From: Octopus sinensis
Lineage: Eukaryota
Length of the DNA stretch: 44,027 bases
Reading direction: 5' to 3'
Assembly: GCF_006345805.1 (NCBI RefSeq)
Contig: NW_021834943.1
Location: 1 to 44,027 of the forward strand
The first letter of the stretch is position 1. The number at the start of each line of letters is the position of its first letter. Under the pieces are notes generated by a model, which was not told where the DNA came from, ran no database searches, and was given only the letters and a program-made list of their open reading frames with translations. A program made the position numbers and the translations under genes. Below are positions 36,850-44,027 of this stretch, piece after piece.

Positions 36850-38460
36850 GTTTACCACATTCCTTTCCAACTTTTACACATCCTCCAAAACTCTCAACTT
36901 GATATCATGAAAAATAAATTCATGGAACAAACAGTTCTATACCCAGCCAGGAACAATGTCCTAGACTCCTGCTTCAACATCACCGGGGAACTTATCCACA
37001 ATATGAAGGTGTCGCCAACAATTCTCTCAGACCACAACATAATAGAATGGACAATGTATGGACTGAAATTACTTAAAGATGTATACCACACAGATCCATG
37101 CAAACTCTACCCAGTCTGGGTTTCTACACAGCTGACTAGGAATATTTCAAAAGGAAATGCTCAAATAAAATTCACCCCAAAAATTCCCTATGCAAACCAT
37201 CAACATGAACCTCAAACAACTTATGTCAATAATGCAAACTATATGCATTAAATTTGTTCTGATCTGAGAAAAGAAAAACAATACATGCACAAACATAATT
37301 CCCAAAGATAGGTGAGGTCTATGAGATGAAGTATCAAGGTCTCAAATCAGTTAAATAAAGAACTTAATGATAGCAAGAAGTTCCACCTTAAAAAGGCACT
37401 TTCTCTCTTGCAAAAGAAAGGGAAGAGAAATTTGGACAGTTGAAAATAAAAAAAACAAACCTAAAAGCCTTCCACATCTTACCAAAAGAATCTGCCTTGG
37501 TGTACTACAGAGTAAGACCACTTTATGAAGAAAATGGTTTACTATCAGCACACTCCAGGAGGATAAGCAAACTTCCCAAAATTCTAAAAGAAGTCATCAG
37601 ATCCCCTATCCACAAAAGAGGAGCTGCTAAAAATTATAGGCCTATCTCTTACATTTCAGGAAAGCCACGAGATGCATTGTAAGAAGGAAGTTAATCATGT
37701 TCTTAGAAAAAACTCACTAACAGGCAGCAACGCTTCTATTCAGGAAGGAGCTACTATAGTATTATGGCTGGTAAACTAGGGGAAACATGCTTTCAGTCAT
37801 ACAGTTAGCCATTCTCACCAGCTGATGATACAAATGATACTGCTGATACTGATAATACAAAGGTATCACAAGAAATCAAGGTTACTGAAGATATCCCAAA
37901 GCTACAAAAAGATTTGAATGCAATATGCAAGTGGGCTGAAGACAATATGAACTTCATTGCTGTCAACCCACAAACAGACTGGTATTACAAGAGGGGTATT
38001 GCAAACCCAGAGTTGGATCATGACCTGGGAATTCACAAGAGTGGTGAAGCATCATTCTCTGTGCATATTACTAAGATGATAATGTGCAGGCAACTACCTG
38101 GATGAATTCTAAGCTCATTCAGAATACAGAAAAAGGAAGTCATAGTGCTCCAATGGAGAACATCTATGCTCAGTCATCTGAATTATTGCTCCCAGTTAAC
38201 AGCAAAACTTAAGGCAATTCAATGCCATTATACCAAGATTGCCTTGGTGTAACAGGTGGAGTACTGGGAGAGGTTAAAAGAGTTGAGGCTCTACTTCCTG
38301 GAAAAAAAGGTATGAAAAATATGCAGTCATATACATATGGCAGATCCTGGAGGATCTAGCACCCAACTTTGGGAACAAATGCTACACCAATCACTGGACT
38401 AGATACCATTGCACAGTACCAAAGATCTTGCCATCTTCATCCAAAGTAAAAACCCAATTC
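36850..38460 (+). mobile_element. Highly degenerate CR1-group LINE
   Basis: FMEQ..P.RNNVLD..ILSDHNIIE; PIHK..KNYRPIS; KWAEDN; DLGIH..F.VHI; LSHLNYCSQL. Many deletions. Confidence 0.8.
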
Positions 38461-38819
38461 TATAAACAGCTGTAAATGTGGATCTGTCAAAGAACAATTA
38501 GACATTTTTCTCTCCATTTTAGTATAGTTTATAGGGTTTGCTTCGACACATGGAATGTTTTTTCTAAGTTTTCCACAGACTCTGTTACAAGAATTAGATC
38601 CTAAACATATAGTTGTCGCTATGGACTCTTCTGTTGTTGCTGAGAGAAATTAGAAAAAGAAGAGGAGTCTAAGGAGTGAACAACTATATATTAAATTCCT
38701 CACATAATTCCCTGCTAATTCTTGCTTTGCTGACTCCACTTGTGTGTGCGTGTGTGTGTGTGTGGAGTAAGTGAAATCATATCAAAGTTGTTACTTTGCC
38801 ATGTTAGTTGGAAGAACTG

Positions 38820-39010
38820 GAAGAATCATGAGCACGCCAGGCAAAATGCTTAGCAGCATTTCATCTGTCTTTATGTTCTAAGTTCAAATTCTGCCAGGTC
38901 AACTTCGGTTTCCATCCTTTCAGGGTTGATAAAAATAAGTACTAGTCAAGCATGGACATCAATGTAATCAACTATCCTCCTCCCCTAAACTTGATGACCT
39001 TGTGCTAAAA
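38820..39010 (+). mobile_element. tRNA-derived SINE with a Nin/Deu-like central domain
   Basis: GTTCAAATTC B box followed by TTTCCATCCTTTCAGGGTTGATAAAAATAAGTAC. Confidence 0.6.
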
Positions 39011-39334
39011 TTTGAAACTAATATTAGTTGAGTGTGTTGAAGAAAAGTAGGAAAGGCCACTGAAAATAAATCAATTTATAATTTTGGTGATGATTCATTT
39101 ACTGTAAAATGTTGAAGAAAAATTTAGCAGTTTAAAACTGTTTAAAGCTGAAAATAATCAGAGAACAACCGTTTTGAATGCACACTAGGGAAATGTGCCT
39201 TTTCTTGATAATACTGTCTGTATGAATGGATGTATGGCATAACAGTACAGCTACAGCTGCATATATGTTCATCTGTCACACTTCACAATTGAACACATTC
39301 ATCCACTGCAGTTAATAACTAAACAATACATATA

Positions 39335-40149
39335 CAGGTTGTGATGGATAAATTGTCACAATTTTATAGTTTTTATTTCATACAGTATACTAGAGAGAGT
39401 TGTATACTGTCTCTGAGAAAAATAGTATCATGATGCAATTCACTCTGCTAGAAATTTGGAAATGACATGCTATACTGCTTGGTATTTACACTGGAAATAC
39501 CAACATTTCAGAGTGTTTGGGTGTTAATCTGAGGATAAGTACTGAGAGTGATAAAAATCAAACATCCAATCAACATCATAGTGTTTGGCAACATTATGCC
39601 ACCATTCATCTTCCCACACAGCCTCAGACTCAATATGGAGGCCTACATCAAGTGCCTGGAGGAGATAGTGCTACCCTGGTTCAAGAGGGTGGCTGCTGGA
39701 AGACCCACTATCTGGCAATGGGACTCTGCACCATGCCACACAAGCATGACAACCCAGTCATGGCAGTCAGACAATTTCTGCAACCACATCACCCCTAACA
39801 TCTAGCCACCTAAATTCACACACAGCAACTCCTTTGATTATTATGTGTGGGACACAGTTGAGTGAAAGACCAACAGAACTCTCTGTAACACCAACGATGA
39901 ACTGAAGGAAAAGATTGTGGCTATATTCACCAACTTAAACAAGGAGACTGTCCAGAAGAGTTGCAGGAGATTCCAAAATCGTTTAAAGGCTGTGGTTGAA
40001 GACCAATAGCAATATTATTGAATAAATTTACTCTTTAGTATTTCAAAATATTTGAATGTAATTTTGGTAAATATATCTGTTAAAATGAGATATCAGTGTT
40101 ATTTTCATTATTTGCATAATTTAGACAACAGTTTATTCACTGCATCCTG
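39335..40149 (+). mobile_element. Internally deleted Tc1/mariner transposon (maT/DD37D-like) with degenerate TIRs
   Basis: TA|CAGG..ATAAA.TGT left end and matching CCTG|TA right end; WQWDSAPCH...PP...DYYVW catalytic region. Confidence 0.8.
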
Positions 40150-40159
40150 TATATAGTGT

Positions 40160-40445
40160 TTTGGCATGGTTTCTGTGACTGGATGCCCTTCCTAATGCTA
40201 ACCACATCACTGAGTGTACAGGGTGATTTGTGTTGCTTAATAGCACTGAAGCTGGTTCCACATAAAAAGCCCCAGTACACTCTGTGAAGTGGTTGGTGTT
40301 AGGAAGGGCATCCAGCCACAGAAACTGTCAAAACAGGCAATCGAAGCCTGGGGCAGTTCTCCAACTGGTCAGCTCCTGTCAAAATATCAAATCCATGCCA
40401 GCATGGAAAACTGACATTAAATGATGATGATGATGATGATGATAA
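40160..40445. mobile_element. Two RTE 3'-end fragments head-to-head: minus 40160-40240 and plus 40260-40445 with (GAT)n tail
   Basis: GGATGCCCTTCCTAATGCTAACCAC versus GTGGTTGGTGTTAGGAAGGGCATCC. Confidence 0.7.
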
Positions 40446-40487
40446 TCATTTTACATCTATTTTCAATGCTGCATGGGTTGGACAGAC

Positions 40488-40630
40488 ACAGGCATTGCAG
40501 TGTGATTAAGAAATTTGCTTCCCAACCACATGCTTTTGGATTCACTAACCCTTGGGCACAGGTCTTCTACTATAGTCCTAGGGTACTCAACTCTATGCAA
40601 TGGGATTTGATAGACAGAAACTGAAAGCAG
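40488..40630 (+). mobile_element. tRNA-derived SINE (same family as 31167)
   Basis: GTGTGATTAAGAAATTTGCTTCCCAACCACATG...CCTTGGGCA..GACAGAAACTGAAAG. Confidence 0.65.
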
Positions 40631-40663
40631 CTTGTATGCGTGTGCATATATGTAATATATATG

Positions 40664-40707
<44 letters not shown>

Positions 40708-41834
40708 ATACAAGCTAAAACATGATGACAGAATAAGAGAAAAGGTTAGAAGGTAGGTGAAAGAAGTGGAAAGATGAAAACACCAGAAAATGAAAAAGAA
40801 AAAAAGAGAATTAGAGTTATGTCCCTTTTGACCATAAAGCTATAATAAGGCTGAACAGATAAGGGTCTACAGCCATGCTGCCCAATGTTTGGCCCACGAA
40901 GCCTTAGAATCCAGCCTGTTAGTCAGTCTTCAGCTTATTCCTTAATATTAATGCAGAAGCTTACAACTGTTATTTTTCTTCGATTAGTAAATGATTATTG
41001 GCTGCCAATAAACAGTTCTTGAAGCAGCTCACAATTCTACACTCAGTTTCTTTGTATCCATAGCTGTAACCATAGAAATAAATTTCAGGTTTTGTTTGTC
41101 CAGGTCTCTGTCATATCTGTTTTTTCTGCCTCTGCCCTCAAGAGAAGTTCTGCCCGGGGGACATGCTTTCCTTCAGCCCACCCCCAAGCAAGGGTCATAG
41201 GCACTGATATTGTGTTAGCAACACTTCATATATACACACTGCATTAACCTGAAAGCATAGAGATTGATTTCCCACGCTCGCTCATATAGACAAACAAAAC
41301 CTGAAATTTATTTCTATGATAGGCCCTATCTGAAACATTCATGGTATCTGGCCACTCTTTTCTTTTTTTTTCCAGTAAATTTCCATAATAATTTTTCATT
41401 TCATAATTTTTTGCTGGAACTTGGGTTTCCACCTGCTCCCTGGCTGAGAACAACTCTAAGCTGAGTTCAAATAGATGGGATGGGGCGATATTTGAGGCCT
41501 TGCCCGGGAGCACCAAAATGTCAAGTGATTGATGGTCCTGATTTCCAGAAGCACCGATTTGAAGTTTTCAGTTTTGGTAGAATGGAGTTGCATTGGGTCT
41601 AAAAATAGTGCCTTTCCGTTTGCTGAGATCGAAAGTCAGTAAAAAATGACTTATTACAGCGTGTATGAATGGTTGATTCAATCGTCCAATCAAAAGCCAC
41701 AGAGCACTCACCTCAGCAGGTCAAAGACGTGTGCGCCACAATAATCTATCATGGTTGAGGGTGTAGCTTCTTAGGAATAATATCACATGACTTTTCCATA
41801 TCAATAAAGCTGGCATTTGAGGTAATTCAATTTC

Positions 41835-42260
41835 AAATTTACCCCAGCATAAACTATGATGATGACACATGGATGAATGACATTTCTTTTCTGGTGGACA
41901 TTACATACAAGCTGAATGAGTTGAATGTACTATTACAAGGAAAGGAAAAACTCACCCATAATTTGCTTCGGGAGGTGACAGCTTTCCAAAAGAAACTGGA
42001 TTTGTGGATTGCTCAAATTGCTGGCAAGCAATAATGCTCACTTTCCTTGCCTTACACATTTTAACAATAAACCGGGAATTCTTTGTGACTGAGTTAAAAC
42101 AGATTCAAAAAGAATTTGTCAGATTTGAGGATTTCTGTGCTTGCGAAGACCAGCTAAAACTTTTTTCAATGTCTTTTAATGTGGATCCTACTGATGCCCC
42201 CTTTGAGCTTCAAATGAAATTCAATGAATTGCAATGTGACTTTGTTGTCAAAAATATGGT
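41835..42260 (+). pseudogene. hAT transposase remnant (Charlie/SPIN/Buster, GTF2IRD2-like)
   Basis: WM.D.SFLVDITYKLNELNVLLQGK...FQKKLDLW...EFVRFEDF...FNVD...ELQM..NELQCD. Confidence 0.8.
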
Positions 42261-42759
42261 CTGCCTCACACTCAATATCCAAATCTTACTTGCTACTCAA
42301 AATGCTCTCTACTTTTGTTCAGTTCAACATGGATATAGGAATACCTCTTCAGTTCCAGCAGACATTGAAAAGCTTTTTACAGATAATTTCGTTCATTATA
42401 CATCCAAAATGAAATTGTTTTATTACTGAATTAAATGCCATTTAAACAAACGTTTTTTTCTTAAATCTTGATCAATTGTTAAATATATTTTGTAGAATGT
42501 AAACTTAAGAGTCAAATTACTTTATACATGTAATATCAGGAAGCTATAATTTTTTGATAGCAATGACGAAGTAGAAGTAGCATCATATGCATGTATAAAT
42601 TGAGTTATGAATAATAATTATATGATGAGTAATTTCTGCAAATAAAATAATAAAATCAATACAGTTCTGAATACTTTTTCAAACCATTTCAGGAAGGTGT
42701 ATTAAAAAATGAAAGACTAGAAATGTGAGTCCAGGCCACTAATACTGTTTTATTCTTAG

Positions 42760-42978
42760 ATCAGGCCCATGTTTGAAAAATGTACGGATGGCAGCTCTGG
42801 TCTACAGTGTGTGGTACAGAAGCTCAATCCAAACAGAGTGGTATTTTCCACTACACCAACAGGAACTTATCCAAGTATTTACATCAGCGGAGAATTTCAG
42901 ATGTGCAGTGCAGTTCTTGGATCTGAATGCATGTTAGAAGACCCAGAAGACTTCATGACAGTACTAGACATGTTATGA
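42760..42978 (+). CDS. Candidate terminal coding exon of an unidentified host gene
   Basis: Branch-like CTAAT, pyrimidine tract and AG at 42758-42759; phase-0 open frame IRPMFEKC...MTVLDML* of mixed composition in AT-rich surroundings. No family recognised. Confidence 0.35.
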   Translation: MRPMFEKCTDGSSGLQCVVQKLNPNRVVFSTTPTGTYPSIYISGEFQMCSAVLGSECMLEDPEDFMTVLDML

Positions 42979-43286
42979 AATGCTGTGTTATTTTCATTGC
43001 ATGAAACAATTAGTAGCTCAGAAACATATACTGTGTTCATTCAAACTTTATATATATATATATTATATAATTAGGGCTTAGTAAATTAAATTACTTTGCC
43101 ACATACTGAACTTAGTAGAAATAGCAGCCAAAAAAAAATTTTCTTAGCATTTCTACTACTTAAAGAAAATTTCTCTCAGTTAATGTTTACTCCAGACAGC
43201 TCACGAAGGTTTGGGGGTAAATACAGAAAAATATCACAAGTACATAGATCGTTTGAGTACGTCAACATTTCAAGATTATATATATA

Positions 43287-43925
43287 TACTGACTTTCATG
43301 GGAAACACGTATTTTTGTGGTTGAAACCTTTTAGATTAACTAGTGCTAGAGTGAGCCATATAGTGACCACTCTCTTATATTTATTTTGTAAAAATATTAT
43401 AATATATTATAAAATATTATAATAATCCAGGTTTCTCGGAGCACTAGGCCACTTGGTGTTGAATAGATATACTATTAAATTAGTATCTAATTCTCTCACC
43501 CTTATTAATTAATTATAATTATGCTGCATTTATTTCTAAATGCAGTATTTGTTTTCCGTGAGAGTTTGGCGCGCTGTTAGTTGGGGCATTTGAATTATAA
43601 CGTCGGATGTAATCAATTGAACCACACGTGTATTTATCGTTATGGTAAAATCTGGCGTGTGATTGAGTGGATTTCATCCAGATAGTTTTGTCTGACGAGC
43701 TACAAGTGGATTTTTTTGTAAGTAAAATTACATTTAATTCATTAATAGCGAAACAATTGTCCCAAAATAATCTGTATTTTTGTTATTTTTTACTTGCCCT
43801 GTCCGTGTGAGCTAACAATCGTACTGACTTTCATGGGAAACACGTATTTTTGTGGTTGAAACCTTTTGGATTAACTAGTGCTAGAGTGAGCCATATAGTG
43901 ACCACTCTCTTATATTTATTTTATA
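43287..43925 (+). mobile_element. 535-bp non-coding unit with ~104-bp terminal redundancy and an internal hammerhead ribozyme
   Basis: 43287-43390 is repeated at 43822-43925; HHR at 43685; flanked by TA runs. Confidence 0.75.
43685..43768 (+). ncRNA. Type I hammerhead ribozyme with canonical core and long loop II
   Basis: GTTTTGT CTGACGA GCTA (43-nt loop) TAGC GAAA CAATTG TC CCAAAAT; GUC triplet ending at 43761; first stem I pair is U.C. Confidence 0.75.
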
Positions 43926-43966
43926 TATATACATATATATACATATATATATATATATATACATAA

Positions 43967-44025
<59 letters not shown>

Positions 44026-44027
44026 TA
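43926..44027. repeat. (AT)n microsatellite
   Basis: Direct reading. Confidence 0.95.

Noticed and set aside
40865-41520. Possible hAT terminal or subterminal GGCCC motifs
   Set aside because: No matching TIR pair or 8-bp TSD identified.
43235-43270. Minus-strand TTGACGTACTCAAACGATC, hammerhead-like
   Set aside because: Core, GAAA and stems are all defective; chance-level match.

Overview
Repeat-dense eukaryotic DNA, most likely an Octopus (cephalopod) genome. That assignment is inferred from the very long (AT)n/(ATAC)n microsatellites and the RTE LINE, CR1-group LINE and tRNA-SINE families. No host gene is confidently identifiable; one candidate terminal exon lies at 42760-42978. The window holds four CR1-group LINE copies, several RTE LINEs (one near full length), Penelope-like element (PLE) remnants, Helitron, Tc1/mariner and hAT remnants, and SINEs. 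Most ORFs in the supplied track are Ile/Tyr artefacts of the microsatellites. The main discovery is eight type I hammerhead ribozyme (HHR) motifs from about six unrelated small repeat families, read by eye. They include a 362-bp tandem, retrozyme-like unit with two identical HHRs (10301-10964) and an HHR in the 3' end of a Penelope element. Across the families the catalytic 3-8 tertiary pair occurs as C-G, U-A and G-C. Several HHR units show terminal redundancy and short 5' inversions and sit inside (TA)n tracts, suggesting a diverse PLE-driven retrozyme/circRNA system. All folds were done by hand; no activity or database evidence is claimed.
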